From Raja brachyura (Eukaryota), in the NCBI GenBank assembly GCA_963514005.1, contig OY740798.1, forward strand, positions 20,646,001 through 20,710,000: a stretch of DNA of 64,000 nt. Reading direction: 5' to 3'. How positions within the stretch are numbered: position 1 is the stretch's first letter; every line of letters begins with the position of its first letter. Under the pieces are notes generated by a model, which did no database searches, was not told the DNA's origin, and saw only the letters and a list, made by a program, of their open reading frames with translations. Position numbers and translations under genes: made by a program. Below, piece after piece: positions 12,674 to 25,435 of this stretch.

Positions 12674-14445
12674 GTAATATCAGAAATTAACACTTCAACA
12701 AAATTCATTTCAATTCTACATATGGCTGAATAAAAAATATTATCAATACATGATTATCCATCACTTTAACAAAATAACATATTCAATTTAGCTTAAAATT
12801 ACAAACTATCAGAAAACCCTGCAGGTATTCTGCCCATCACCAAATTACCATATTTCAGTTAAGGACAATTTAAATCCTTGCTCTCATGCAATCAAGGAAA
12901 CTTGGTTCTTCTTCAAACATTTTTTTCTGTCCTTCAATAGCCAGAGCAATAACATTACTTGTAATGGTATTCGTCCATCTTTTTGCTGCCAATATAGTAC
13001 AGATAATAAACAAACACCACACATACAGACTGAAATAGTTGCATTTAGCCAGCTCCTGTTTTTACTTTGTAACACCAGGTTTTAAAAATGAGTGCACTGG
13101 TGTCTAATCTTTGGGATCTTATATTTCATTTCTGACAGAACTAAGAAAAATGAACTGGCATTCAAAATATAAATCTCTACCATGTAAATTGTGCATTTGT
13201 GGCTCAATTTATCAGCATTCTGAATCAAAATCAAATCCGTGTAGCCTAATCTCATTTTGGTGACACTGTGATTTTCTTTTGTATTTTGATTTGGGAAATA
13301 AATTACACCTGGCCAATTTGTTTTAAAGCTTTCTAAATCACCCATGAAACCAGTGGCATATGTTGCCAGCAATGTATTTTGTCTGTAGAAAACCATGAAT
13401 GTAAGTACAGCTCAGCTATCAATGGCCAAAAATCATGTGGTGACAGGTACTGATTATATCCTTTAAAAAACACAGTGCATGTGTGTATTGGCAAAAGCAA
13501 TGCCACAATGCAACAGCTACATAAAATATGAAATTACAAAATTCAAATTTCTATGTCTATAATAAATGTCAGTGACTCTCCTATGAGGTTACTCAAAAAT
13601 TAAAGCAATATATTTCCACGTAGCATTATAAATTGACCACAAAATTACTGCATATAAAATAACTAAGGAATACAAACTTGTTGCTGCCTATTTTGGACTC
13701 AGATTCAATGCCATGGAAACAGCAGATGTCCATGCAAGACACGTGTGTGTTGGTAGAAGACATTCCTCACAGCTGAGCGGGAATCATTATGATGTCCTTA
13801 TCAGTACTCGCTCGAGCTTTCACAGGCACCTCTCCCAATAGGAGGCATCAATTTGAGCCAATGCCTTGGCTGCAGGAATCACAAGCTGTATTTCATCTTA
13901 CATTTGAATCGTTTAAAAAAACAATCATAAAGTTTAAAATTAAGCAAATACATTTTTTTCAAGAAATTAGATACAAATTCAGAAAAGCAAAATATCACAA
14001 TCGACTGGCACTGCAGATCTTCGTCACTTTCTTCCCATCAATAACCATGCCATTGTTTATTTTGAAAGGTTTTCGTTTGGCATTGCGAAAATTAAAAGTA
14101 CTCCTTCATTTGAAGTCCTCATCTTGCCCAGTTTTCTTTCATTTCAGAACAGAGAATCTAACCAATGTTCCTGCTTTATGTGATTGCCTAACAAGATCCA
14201 AACAATACTGAAATGCTCCCTAATTTGTGATTACTTTCCACTTTGGCTGCAGTTGAGACATGCAGTTATCAACTGGCCTTGTCCATCATTCAATGACCAT
14301 ATTATTTTAATAACAGTACTGGGATTTCTTCATCAACACCATTTCTGCTCCCCAGGCTTGGCCACAGTAAACCTCCAGACTATAGGCTGTTCAGCCTCCT
14401 GTGGTTAAAATTATTTAGAACCGCTTTCAGCTCCAAGAACTCAAT

Positions 14446-17400
14446 TTAAAAATTATTGGAATTATTTGTATTTATTGAATTATCTTGGCTGATTACTTCA
14501 TTGTGCACTTCCATGAACCTCTGTAAATATTTTGAAGTATACAACCAGTGGTGCTTCAGAATATCTTCCAGCTCATAGCTCTTGGACTGCCTTGCATTCA
14601 TTTTTCTGAAACGGCGAAAGAGTTTGTTGCCCGATTCATTGCCTTCACTTGCCCATGCACCTATTGAGCCATCTCTTTCAATGATCTCAGGGACATGAGC
14701 CAAAGTCTTATGAAGGTAGTTGGTGATCTTCCCATCATATCTGTACTTGAACTTTGTATAAAGCAGTTCTGCAAATCTCTGGGAATTAAAGCTGTACTGA
14801 CAAACAAGATCTGGACATTCTTTGAGTGGGAATGTGGATCGCCACACGGGTTTCATGAGAACGTAAAGGTGCATCAGTTCCCTGAGAATCTCTCGTCTTT
14901 CTTCAGAAGGTATCAATTCACACACTGCTTCCACAGTCTCTTCGGTCATCAGTTTCCTTGCAAAGTTTCCATTCAGCCTCATGATTGGTTTCAGGTTTAT
15001 TTTTTCCCTGAAATGTTTATCAAGCATTGCCTGCCACCTTTTCCTTTCCTCCTTAGATGGACTAGGATTTTTGTGCAACTCCCCAATCTCATCCTGGAAT
15101 AGCTTGTAGAATTCTGTTGCATTGCCAATGTCACAGTGCAGAGCATCTATGGACGGCTGTGTTTCAATAAATGCTTTTGCTGCAACCCCCTTCACCCTGT
15201 CACGTAACTCTTCAGCTGTCTCCTGATATGGATTAGTGCGCCAAACTTCATAGCGCTCTAAGTTTTCTTCATGGCTTCTTGTTATGGAATGAAGGGTCAG
15301 ATTTTGTGAAGCGTTGCTTCGAGTGGCATCACAGAGCGTACACACATACATCGAGCCTGATGCTTCAAGGCCTTCCAACTCACGGACCAGCTTTTCATCA
15401 TAACCCGTGCCTCGAAAGATAAACTTAAAGGATCTGGGCAAATCTCCAATTTCAAGGATTAAGTCACTGCTTTTCATTGCTTCTCTTTCGGCGACTAGGG
15501 GACCCAGGATTGCCGTCATGGTTTCGTGGTCAGATTCATCGGCCAGCATCAGGCAAAGTGGCTTGCAGCACAACTCAGAATTTGGCTTTAGCTCTTCAAA
15601 GACGTTCACTTTCTCACCATTTTCATTCTCCACGCTTATAGTCATGATTGTGAAGGAATACCTCACTGCCTTCTCTGGAACTGGAGGACCACATCCATGT
15701 TTTTCACTAACATCGCCCATTCCATCACAAGATTCTTTGATTACTACTGTAAATGGTCCACCAAAATACTCATCAATATTTTGGCATTTTAAACCTTCCA
15801 AAATATTATCCTCAAGATCTTTCAGAGTTGATACAATTGCCACATCGTACCTAAATCGTCTTGAAATTGTTTCCATCGGATATTCGTCAACACAGTGTGA
15901 CCAACCACAAGTACCATCTATTATCCCTACATCAGTGTTGGTAGAGACTTGTGGTAGAGGAGGTTCCCATTCAAATGAATAATAACCCGGCAACAAGGTT
16001 TTCTCTGCACTTCGGAGTGCATGCAGCGGTTGGAAGATTTGCTTCCCGGTTGTTGCTTTGATGGTTTTATACATTTTATGATACTGACTGCAACTTAGAA
16101 ATGTACTAACCCTAATGGCAAGACAGACTGCTGGCTTCAGCCCTGATCCATGTCCTTGCATCAGAGCCTCCAGTTCATCTGCTTGCCTGTGCTCGTTACC
16201 AGCTCTCAATGCCAGCAAGAACAGAGTAAGGCACACTGACTTCACATCACCATTTTCTTCCTTGTCCGCAAATGCCTTCACCTGAAGTTTGAGATATCGC
16301 AGCCGATGTTTTTGGGCCCGGCGAGTTAGGGAGAGTAAGTGTTGCCTCGGCCGGCCACCCTTGTTTATTGGTGAGTAGGCGTTCAGCATTCTTTTCTCTT
16401 TGTGATTCTTGGCATGGTTGGGATATTCGCCTAGTCTCACCTCCTCGCCACAATCTGCCACTGGACATTTTAAAGCCAATGAATTGAGAACACTTACAAA
16501 TGATTTTATTGGGCTTCTACACTCTGTGGGATCACAAGGAAACCTGCAAACGGGACAATATTTTCCTAGCACTCCTGTGCATTTGAGAATGCATGTTCTG
16601 CAGAAAAGATGGTTGCATGGTGATTGCACTGGGTCAGCCAGTAAATGCTCACAGACCTGGCACGACACTGACTGAATAAAGTTATTGGGATAATCAAGCA
16701 TAAGGAGTTTTGAATTTAGGTGGATCTTCTTGCAGTTAACAATCTTTTTGGCCAATAGAATACTTGTTGAATTTCTTTGATCTTTTCTTTTAGTAATTCT
16801 TGATATATCGACTGCTGTTTTGGGCTTCTTTGCGGCTGGTGGACTTCGTTTGAGAACTTTCCGTTTGCGAGTCCCATTTCGAAAGTTGCAAACATTGCAA
16901 AAGTTGGAGTGTGGCTTCCACTGAACAATTGTGCTGATGGGAAAAAATGCATCTTCGTTAGTTGTGTTGTTGATTGTCTGAATAACAATCCGCCAGCAAT
17001 TGTAGCAAAAGTGGGTGGGATGTCTGACCTCTGAGTCCATCTGCACATCGATATTAAATGTGTTGTGGATGAGCTCTGGCCAAAAACTATTTCCATATCC
17101 CATTTTCCTAAGAACATCTTGTGTGACATCATCAACAGGGCCATTGACTGGGTATTTCATGTCATAGCTGTTGGTATTAAAGGAAACTCCACAAATGCGG
17201 CAGAGATTTTGTAATCTTAACACATGATCTTCCAAAGATTTTGTTTCCATTTGCCTTTCATAGAACTTGGCCTTTGGCGGGATGACCTCTAAAGGCATGT
17301 GTTTCAGATAGTTATCTTCCAAAGTCTTCTTGTCCAAGGGCAGTGTCTCCAAACATGTGGTTCCCGGTGGCTTGATTTGAGGAGGTGACATTTCCCACAT

Positions 17401-17544
17401 TAGACCATGAACTGGCTGAACAGTTTGTGGCTCAAAAACCTTTGCCGCTGAAATCTTGGCTTTCTTTTGGACGTTCATTGTTGGCCTGGTTTCTGAATAC
17501 CTGAAATATTCAGATATTATTTGCATCGGCATCTCCATTTCCAT
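14446..17544 (-). CDS. RAG1: V(D)J recombination activating protein 1, 1032 aa, single coding exon
   Basis: [17 protein letters not shown]3HC4 RING (CQVCEH...CNHLFCRTC...CPVC), C2H2 finger and nonamer-binding GGRPRQHLL. Catalytic DDE: ESCDG (D at 15724-26), GTGYDEK (D at 15397-99), SEGNESGNK (E at 14635-37). Splice acceptor AG at 17558-59, 13 nt upstream of the ATG. Convergent with RAG2. Confidence 0.99.
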   Translation of the reverse strand: MEMEMPMQIISEYFRYSETRPTMNVQKKAKISAAKVFEPQTVQPVHGLMWEMSPPQIKPPGTTCLETLPLDKKTLEDNYLKHMPLEVIPPKAKFYERQMETKSLEDHVLRLQNLCRICGVSFNTNSYDMKYPVNGPVDDVTQDVLRKMGYGNSFWPELIHNTFNIDVQMDSEVRHPTHFCYNCWRIVIQTINNTTNEDAFFPISTIVQWKPHSNFCNVCNFRNGTRKRKVLKRSPPAAKKPKTAVDISRITKRKDQRNSTSILLAKKIVNCKKIHLNSKLLMLDYPNNFIQSVSCQVCEHLLADPVQSPCNHLFCRTCILKCTGVLGKYCPVCRFPCDPTECRSPIKSFVSVLNSLALKCPVADCGEEVRLGEYPNHAKNHKEKRMLNAYSPINKGGRPRQHLLSLTRRAQKHRLRYLKLQVKAFADKEENGDVKSVCLTLFLLALRAGNEHRQADELEALMQGHGSGLKPAVCLAIRVSTFLSCSQYHKMYKTIKATTGKQIFQPLHALRSAEKTLLPGYYSFEWEPPLPQVSTNTDVGIIDGTCGWSHCVDEYPMETISRRFRYDVAIVSTLKDLEDNILEGLKCQNIDEYFGGPFTVVIKESCDGMGDVSEKHGCGPPVPEKAVRYSFTIMTISVENENGEKVNVFEELKPNSELCCKPLCLMLADESDHETMTAILGPLVAEREAMKSSDLILEIGDLPRSFKFIFRGTGYDEKLVRELEGLEASGSMYVCTLCDATRSNASQNLTLHSITRSHEENLERYEVWRTNPYQETAEELRDRVKGVAAKAFIETQPSIDALHCDIGNATEFYKLFQDEIGELHKNPSPSKEERKRWQAMLDKHFREKINLKPIMRLNGNFARKLMTEETVEAVCELIPSEERREILRELMHLYVLMKPVWRSTFPLKECPDLVCQYSFNSQRFAELLYTKFKYRYDGKITNYLHKTLAHVPEIIERDGSIGAWASEGNESGNKLFRRFRKMNARQSKSYELEDILKHHWLYTSKYLQRFMEVHNEVISQDNSINTNNSNNF

Positions 17545-18029
17545 CAGAAAGTGATATCTAATAGAGACATAAGAGTGATTTTGATTAAAATAGGATCACT
17601 ATTCGTGCCTTTTATTTAAGTTAATCTCTTTTGCACTTAATTTTAATTTATAAAACTTACATTCTCACTGCAAAGCGAACATTGTGCTTTTAATTCCAAG
17701 AGGCATAAAATTAATCAAGTCTAATTCATGAGAAAGTTAAAATGAACTTAATCTACTTGGCACTCTGCCAGAATGTAAAACAGCCTCTTCCACACAGTCT
17801 CCCATCAGCGGATTCATGTAAAGTTGACTCTGATGTTTTTTGATGACCAGGAAAAATACAAAATGTTATGCATGTGTTCAAAAATAAGAAAAGGATGTAC
17901 CTAACCATTTATCTTAACCTCAGTGATGGGAGAGATTAGCATGGGATGTGAGATGTGAGATGGGGGGTGGGATTCAATGCAGGACTGAGGCTGGTGAGAG
18001 GCTGGTAGTCAGTATGGAAGGTGATGATG

Positions 18030-18960
18030 AAAGTTCAGCGGACAGAATAGACAGGTGCATGATTAGGAGCGAGGATGGACTGTTGGATTGAATTGCATAT
18101 ATTTTAATGTGAGAGGCCTGACAGGTAAGGAGGATGAACTCAGAGCGTGGATAGGTACGTTTGACTGGGACGGTGGAGGAATTATGGAAACCTAGCTGAG
18201 GGATGGACTGCACCGGCAGCTTTCCAGGGCACAGGTGATAAAGGAGAGATAAAGGTGGGGATAAAAGAGCAGGGGGTGTTGCTTTATTGTCTCGTTTAGT
18301 TTAATTTAGAGATACAACGTGGAACAAGGCCCTTCGGCCCACCAAGTCTGTGCCGACCAGCAATCCCTACACACATTTCCAATTTTACCAAAGCCAATTA
18401 GCCTACAAACCTCTAGGTCTTTGGAGTGCGGGAGGAAACCGGAGCTTCCTGGGAAAACTGCCATTGTTGATGGATCGTCCAGTGAGGCTATATGGGTGAA
18501 GCTTTGAACTGAAAAGGGATGATCACCCTGTTGAGAGTATACTATAGTCCCCCAAATAGTCAAGGAAATTAGAAGAACAAATATGCCGGGAGATTGCAGG
18601 CAACTGCAAGACTAATAAGGTTGTCTTAGTAGGGGATTTTACTTTTCCCAATGTTGACTGAGGCTGTTATGGTGCCAAGGGTTTATACAGATTGGAATTT
18701 GCCGATGTGTTCAAAAACATTTCTTTAGACAATATGTAGAGCATCCTTCACGGGAGAGGGCAAAGTTTGACTTACTTTGAAGAACAAGTGACTGCAGAAT
18801 CCGTAGGATCAGCGACCACTCTTCTATTAGCTTTAAAATTGTTGTGGATAAAGACAGGGCAGAACAATAATTTAAAATTCTAAATTGGGGCACGGCCAAC
18901 TTTGATGGTATTGGACAGGAACTTGCTAAATTTGTTTGAAGTAATACGTGGGCAAAGGAA
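18030..18960 (+). mobile_element. Degenerate CR1 endonuclease region with an inserted SINE (18293-18457)
   Basis: Decayed APE motifs (YFNVRGL, VGDF.FP..DW, SDH). Lies in the inferred RAG1 5' intron. Confidence 0.65.
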
Positions 18961-20789
18961 CGTTTGGTAAGTGGTGTACTTACATCCACATCCCTCCCTC
19001 TGGCTCTACATTTGACTCCTTTTTCATCTAACAACATTTGTCCCCTTTTCACTTCTACCCTTTGTTACTTACCCCTCCCATCTGCCAACCAACCACCCTC
19101 ACTTCATCTGCATCCACCTTTAACTTGTGAGGCTTTGTGTGGCCATACCCACCGCTTTTCCAGCTTTCTTCTCCCCTATTCCAATCCATGTGCAGAAGAG
19201 TCCCGATCCGAAACATCGTCTGTCCATTCCCTTTAATATGCTGCCTGACTCATTGTGTTTCTCCAGCACATTGATTTTTGCTCATCATTCAAGATCTGCA
19301 ATCTCTTGTGTCTCTTTAACAGCTGCATTTATTTGATTGGTTAGTATGTTCCACTAAAGTGACACCAATCTATAAGAGTGATCTAGCTAACAACATTTAT
19401 TCAACACCCTTAGCTGTTTTGAGATAAAATTCGGAAAATACCGTTTGTGTAATGAGACAGACACCATCAGTTATTGATGTAGTCCTCAAGGGTAATCTTT
19501 TTTATTCTATTCCATAGCTGTTGACACAAAGTACTCCTGCATTGGCTGCAACATATTGTGTAGTTTTGTACTGTAAGCATACACCTACTGAATGTAGACA
19601 AAGGACAATTGAAGAGAATGTTGGTTGTGATTCTTTAGCACACCTTGGTATTATGCAATATTCTGCATTGATACCAGCATAAATACCAGCTAATTAGCTG
19701 GAAAAAGAATCAGGAGATACAATTATGCAATTGCTTCAAATGGATTAGAAAAGTAGTAAAGAATACATTGTGTCTCAATATTTGTCCTGTTGTTTAACTT
19801 AAGGATAGACCCAATACACGATAGGTGTGGTGCTTAGTTTGAAACCCATACAAATTATTTACTATGTATACACTTATTATACTATAGCTAGAGCTACCCT
19901 GACACAAGGTAACTGAAAACAGAAATGGTGGGGTATCTTAAAGATTTTCTTGCCCTTTTTTAAGAAGTTCAATTTAAAAACATTAACAACATCAATCCAC
20001 CACGTTAGAGGTTAATGTTAATAAGTCTGGACTTAATAAAATCTTGAACATCTTGAAACACTGTAGATACACATATTATCAAATAGTTATCAACAGTGTA
20101 GGTTAATTGGCCTCTATAAATTGCCCCTAATGTGTAGGAAGTGTGTCGAATGAGAAAGTGGAATAACATAGAACGAGTGTGAACAGGTAATTGATGATCA
20201 GTGTGGACCCAGAGGGCCAAAGGGCCTGTTTCTATGCTATATATCTAAACTAAATTAAAGTAAATGTTAATATTAAATTACATTTTTTGTGAAAGGATGT
20301 TAGTAAAACAAAACCAAATTTATGAATAGTTCCCTCTACTTTCTCAAAGATCAGTAATTTGGAGGAAATTTCACTATTTCAAAGACAATCCAATTCTCCA
20401 TTAACTGGGTGATACTCCCTGCTAACTCTTCTCATTTTTGTTCCTTCTAAAGTAAGATATAATATAAACTGCAACATAATCTAAAATCCAGCAATGTTTA
20501 GGAAAGTAGCCAAATAAAATCTTCAATACAATTATTTCATACAGATTCTAATTTTAAAATATTTAAATAAAAATTACATTAATATTATATCAATTAAACT
20601 TACTGTGTGAAATATTTTAAAATTGTTTACACTTGTATTGATTTTTTTTTAAGTATTTTCAACAATGTTATTATTCTTTTAGCTTCTTGCAATATGTACA
20701 GAAGCTAAATGTCATGGTGGAGTTCTGTTGGCCATCGCACTTTTATTATTTTACATAAAAAAATATATTATAATAGAGCCATTTCTTAC

Positions 20790-20865
20790 CTTTCTCTTGC
20801 AGATGGTGTTTTTCACAGAGGTCTTCCACCTGTTTCAGATTATGAAGTTAACTCTGCAATAAACA
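20790..20865 (-). other. RAG1: Candidate RAG1 non-coding first exon
   Basis: Consensus donor AAAG|GTAAGA at 20790/20789, in unique sequence just downstream of a TATA-like box. Pairs with the acceptor at 17558-59 to give an intron of about 3.2 kb. Mammalian RAG1 has the same one-non-coding-exon layout. TSS position is estimated. Confidence 0.6.
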
Positions 20866-20970
20866 GGAACACTCTCTCCTCTTCAGGCTTATAGTTTGGC
20901 ACCTGATGTGGTGGCCTGCCTCTCTGACATGCCACTCACAAACTAGTGGTCAGACTTAACCACATTCTCA
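20800..20970 (-). promoter_or_regulatory. Candidate RAG1 promoter
   Basis: TATA-like CTATAA (- strand, 20889-94). E-boxes CAGATG at 20800-05 and CACCTG/CAGGTG at 20827-32 and 20900-05. RUNX sites TGTGGT at 20907-12 and AACCACA at 20958-64. Confidence 0.6.
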
Positions 20971-21084
20971 AACTGTGAATGTTTTGTTACATGATGTTTT
21001 CTAACATAATAAATTAACTGGTGTCTCTATTTGTATTTCTTATTTAGTTGTATTTATCCTTTTTTATTTTTATACTATACTGAT

Positions 21085-21920
21085 GGTGAATCTGTGGAAT
21101 TCTTTGCCACAGAAGGCTGTAGAGACCAAGTCATGGGATATTTTTAAGGCAGAAATTGATAGATTCTCAATTAGTACAGGTGTCAGAGGTTATGGGGAGA
21201 AGGCAGGAGAATGGGGTTAGGAGGGAGTGATAGATCAGCCATGGTGGAGTAGACTTGATGCGCCGAATGGATTAATTCTACTCCCATTCCTTTTGACCTT
21301 ATGACTGGCAATAAATCATAGTCACAGAGTCATGGAGCATGGAAACTGGCTCTTCAGCCCAACATCCATTCAATCAGGTTTTATCACTCTGCTGGTCCCT
21401 TTTGCCTGTATATGGCTTATATCTTGCCCAGTTATAGCATGACGTCCCAGCTCATGTACTCAATACCCTTACGGATTAAGGGACATATTCTAAATACCTT
21501 CTGCACCACCCTGTCCAGTATTAACTCATGGACCTCCTGGTCATTATTGTACAGTAAATATAATATTGATAGATATTTTCTCTTTATTGTTAACATTTGA
21601 TGAACCCCACTGCAATAGCACGCACCTCCTTTAGTTTTCCACCTGCATGCTGCTGCCATCTTCTGGACTGATTTATTATCACAGTATTTTTTTTGCTGTT
21701 TGTCTCCCAAGTCTTCTTTGTACAATCTCAATAGATACCTCTTTCAGAGCCCTGGGGTGCAGTCCATCTGGTCCAGGTGACATAGTCACTTTCAGACCGT
21801 TCAGCTTCCCGGGCATCTGCTCCTCAGTAATAGTAACTGCACTCACTTCTGCCCCCTGACTCTCTTGAATTTCTGGCACATTACTGGTGTATTTAACTGT
21901 GGAGTGCTGCAAAATACCTA
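21085..21920. mobile_element. Cluster of CR1 fragments (3' tail on + at 21085-21305; RT pieces on - up to 21920)
   Basis: VVNLWNSLPQK plus 3' UTR. ORF 21679-21912 reads SPGPDGLHPRALKEV. Confidence 0.75.
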
Positions 21921-23179
21921 TTAATCTTTATATATCTGAAAATATCTTGATGGGTGTGCTCATCGCAGGAGAGAAATGAAGTAATGAGAGGAATCAAGCA
22001 GCAGGGTGCAAGACAGCAGAGTGGACATATGGTTAGAGGCTGAACTCAAAATGCTGGAGTAACTCAGCGGGACAAGCAGCATCTCTGGAGAGAAGGAATG
22101 GCTGCCCTTTTTGGGTCGAGACCCTTCAGACATGGTTGGAGGGAGGGGGACTGATTCCACAAAAAAGCTTGGATAAGTCGATGCCATCTCAATTAATAAT
22201 TTTAAATCAATCAATATATTTTTTAAACACCAAATATATGAAAGGATTTGGAGTTCAGGGTAGTAGGTGGACCTAAGATACAGGTTTGGATATCTCATTG
22301 AATAATGGAAAATAAAAGGATGGCTGAAATATGTATCATTTTTGCTATGTTTCCAGATGCAATGACCCCTCTATCTTCCCGAACCTAACTACATTTGTTT
22401 GGATTGTACGCACTCTGTGTATTTTCAGCTTCAATGTACCTAATAACCATCAATGGTTGCTCGGACAGTTATCATGTCAAATGGAGAAAATCTATCCAGG
22501 CAAAAATAATTATAGACAAAAAAATAATTTGAAAGTGAATGTGGAAAATGAACTTTATGATCACAATATAGTAAAAAATATATATAAATGGTGCATAAGG
22601 CTTTATTACGTTCATACTGGACGCTCTTTGGTCCTGGCAAGTTGTCCTTCTATTATCTGTATTGTTTCTGTTATTGGCATTGCTTATTTTTGTCACGTGT
22701 ACCAAGTAACATTGAAAAGCTTTGTTTCATATGCTATCCAGGCAAATCAAGACATGCGTGATTGCAATCAAACCATGCACAAGTGAAAAGGGTACTGCAA
22801 AGAGAAAATTGAACAGTGTGCAGAATATAGTGTCGAGGTTACAGAGAACAGAAAGTACAAGGGATGCGACATTAGATTGGGAGATCAGGGCTTTATCCCC
22901 AGTTTATGAGAAGTCCTTTCAAGAATCCAATAGAACAGGGAAAATACTGTGTAATAAGGAACTGCAGATGCTGGTTTAAACTAATGATAGACACAAAGTG
23001 CTGGAGTAACTCAGCGGGACAGGCTGCATCTCTGGAGAGAAGGAATGGGTGGCGTTTCGGGTCGAGCCCTTCTTTGGACTGGGTATGGATGAGGAGAACG
23101 AGAGATATGGACGGTGATGTGGAGAGGCAATGAAAAATGAATGAAAGATATGCAAATAAGTGTGCTTGAATCTGGTCGC

Positions 23180-23765
23180 TGCACCACACAGCACCTCCCG
23201 GCTCCACTCAACGGCTTCCCCGACTCCACACAGCGGCTTCCCTGAGTCCACACAGCGGCTTCCCCGACTCCACACAGTGGCTTCCCTGAGTCCACACAGC
23301 GGCTTCCCCGACCCCACACAGCGACTTCCCCGACTCCACACAGCAGCTTCCCCGACTCCACACAGCGGCTTCCCCGACTCCACACAGCGGCTTCCCCAAC
23401 TCCACACAGCGGCTTCCCCGATTCCACTCTTGTGGACTCAATCAGTACAGCTTGTGGACTCAGCCCCGCCTCCGGGTATTTTATTCTCCTCGCCCCGGTG
23501 ATTGACAGCGGATGCCGGAAGGGGCATTACCTTCATGGTGACTGGCAGGCAAGTAGACCAATCTGCTGATCTCATGATTTTATAAGCCTTCATAACATTT
23601 GTAATATTCTACCGATCCGAACAAAACTTGGTGCGCTTAAAGCAGAGGAGAACGGTGAGTAAGGTGGCAAAAAAATCCTAGCGATATAGAGTACCGTTTT
23701 TGCCCAAATTAAAAAAAAAGGCAAACCGGAAGAGGACAAGGTGAGAGTTTTAGTAATAGTATAGA
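23180..23765 (-). mobile_element. Possible non-autonomous Helitron (5' part) containing the minisatellite
   Basis: Minus strand begins A|TCTATACTATTACTAAAACT, a typical Helitron 5' TC terminus after A. Internal tandem repeats are common in Helitrons. No 3' hairpin or CTRR end found. Confidence 0.45.
23199..23418. repeat. Minisatellite, 10 x 22 bp (CGACTCCACACAGCGGCTTCCC)
   Basis: Ten contiguous units counted directly, with no spacers. Confidence 0.95.
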
Positions 23766-23769
23766 TAGG

Positions 23770-24140
23770 TGGAGTCAATAATGGGGGGGGAGTGCTGGTT
23801 TGTGTAATGGACTGCGCTACGTCCAGAACCTCATGCAATTTCTTATGGTTCTGGGCAGAGCTGTTGTCATACCAAGCTGTGATGCATTCAGAGAACTTGC
23901 ATCTTTGTGGTTGGAGCAGGACAAGGTGCTGACGATATTTACACCTTGCAACGTAAATTTCCTGACCGTCTCCACTCCATCACTATTGATGCAGACGTGG
24001 GCATGTTCTTCACCAGCTCTTTTACTGACATGGGGGGAGCGGTTGTTATCTTGATACCATACGACGAGGATCTCTATCTCTTTCCTGTACTGTGCACAAT
24101 CATTGTGTAAGATGTGATTGTGTGGAAATGTTCCACTCAC
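23770..24140 (-). mobile_element. Rex1/Babar-like LINE fragment
   Basis: QYRKEIEILVVWYQDNN...INSDGVETVRKFTLQGVNI...LSCSNH. Confidence 0.65.
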
Positions 24141-25350
24141 ATTGTCATCAAATTTTACGCCAGCATGTACAAAAGGTTCAGCAGTTCCATATACAATTTG
24201 AATGTTGAAAAAATAAACAGATACTAAAAAATATAAAAGGTTGGAAATTATGGCTTATCATTTTGGTGACCAAGTGCTGAAGATATTCTTATAACATTAG
24301 GTAGAAACAAAGAACTGCAGGTGCTGGTTTGCCAAGGACAGGCACAACATGCTGGAGTACCTCAGTGGATCGGGCAGCATCGTTAGAGAACATGGATGGG
24401 TCCCAAAACATCACCTATCCATGTTCTCCAGGGATGCTGCCTGACCCGCTGAGTTACGACAACATTTTGTGCCATTCTCATAACATTCTTCTTTGTGTGG
24501 CTTTAGCAGAGATATTAGCCTGCATAAAATAAAGTGTTAAAATAATATTATCACCAGCAATAATTTTCAGCCATCACTGTTAGAAAATAGTTTGCACATC
24601 TATATAAAGCGTTGGGCAAACTCTACCTTCATGGATAAAGGAAATGCTTCTCTATATATTGCACAGAAGGTATAATTTGCTATTCTGCACTTAAGTACAT
24701 CTTTAAATCAAAATAGACGGATTTGGCCTCATGGAAATATGCTGATAAAGTAAGCAGAGGGAAAGTATCTCAACTAATGAAAAATAATAAAATTACAGGT
24801 AATCTTTGTAGGAAATTCAGAAGTGGAATTTCCACCATTGAGTGGAAATCACTGCCAAATTAATTGAATGTCTACACTGAGAGAAATGATACAAACATTC
24901 AAGGAACAAAAGAATAAAGAGTGAGGAAAGATGGGAGGAAGGTCAAGTATATTGCTTATTTCTGTACTGTACCCTTTATGTAGGTCAAAGTAATAGAGAT
25001 AAACAACTGGTTGTCTATAAAACACAAGAAAACCAAAGTGTTAGGTAGACGTAGATCATAGATTTCGAAGTGCATTGACTCCGGAGTATTTACAAAGTGA
25101 TTTGCAACATAACACATTGCAATTCAACATCTATATATTATGAGCTTAATGTATATTTATTTATTTTTTTAATACAACATTCATTGTAAGGGTTTGATCT
25201 GTAATAGGAATGTGATTACATTGCCCAGTTATGATGATTACTGATAGTCTTGTTTCTGAAGAGTGCACAAGTGCATTCTAGCGTAGTCTCTTATTTTCCA
25301 TTAGGGTCATATTTTTAATCAGGTTGTAATTGATGAGTAAAGGAGGATAT

Positions 25351-25435
25351 TTATCTCCAGCCATATGCATTCCTTCCAAACTTGTACATTAACCTTCTAT
25401 GCACCCGTTCCAGAATTCCAGTTTTGTAATAATGT
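25351..25435 (-). CDS. ELF5: ELF5-like ETS factor, last coding exon
   Basis: Acceptor ttttcag|A. Translates (R)[27 protein letters not shown], matching ELF5 [26 protein letters not shown]. Phase fits the preceding exon. Confidence 0.9.

Noticed and set aside
14695-17144. Antisense and alternative-frame ORFs over RAG1 (14695-15102, 15407-15982, 16716-17144 etc.)
   Set aside because: Shadows of the long RAG1 ORF, with no independent motifs.
23199-23418. CRISPR array or coding repeat ORFs
   Set aside because: The units are contiguous with no spacers, the context is eukaryotic, and the ORFs are translations of the tandem repeat.
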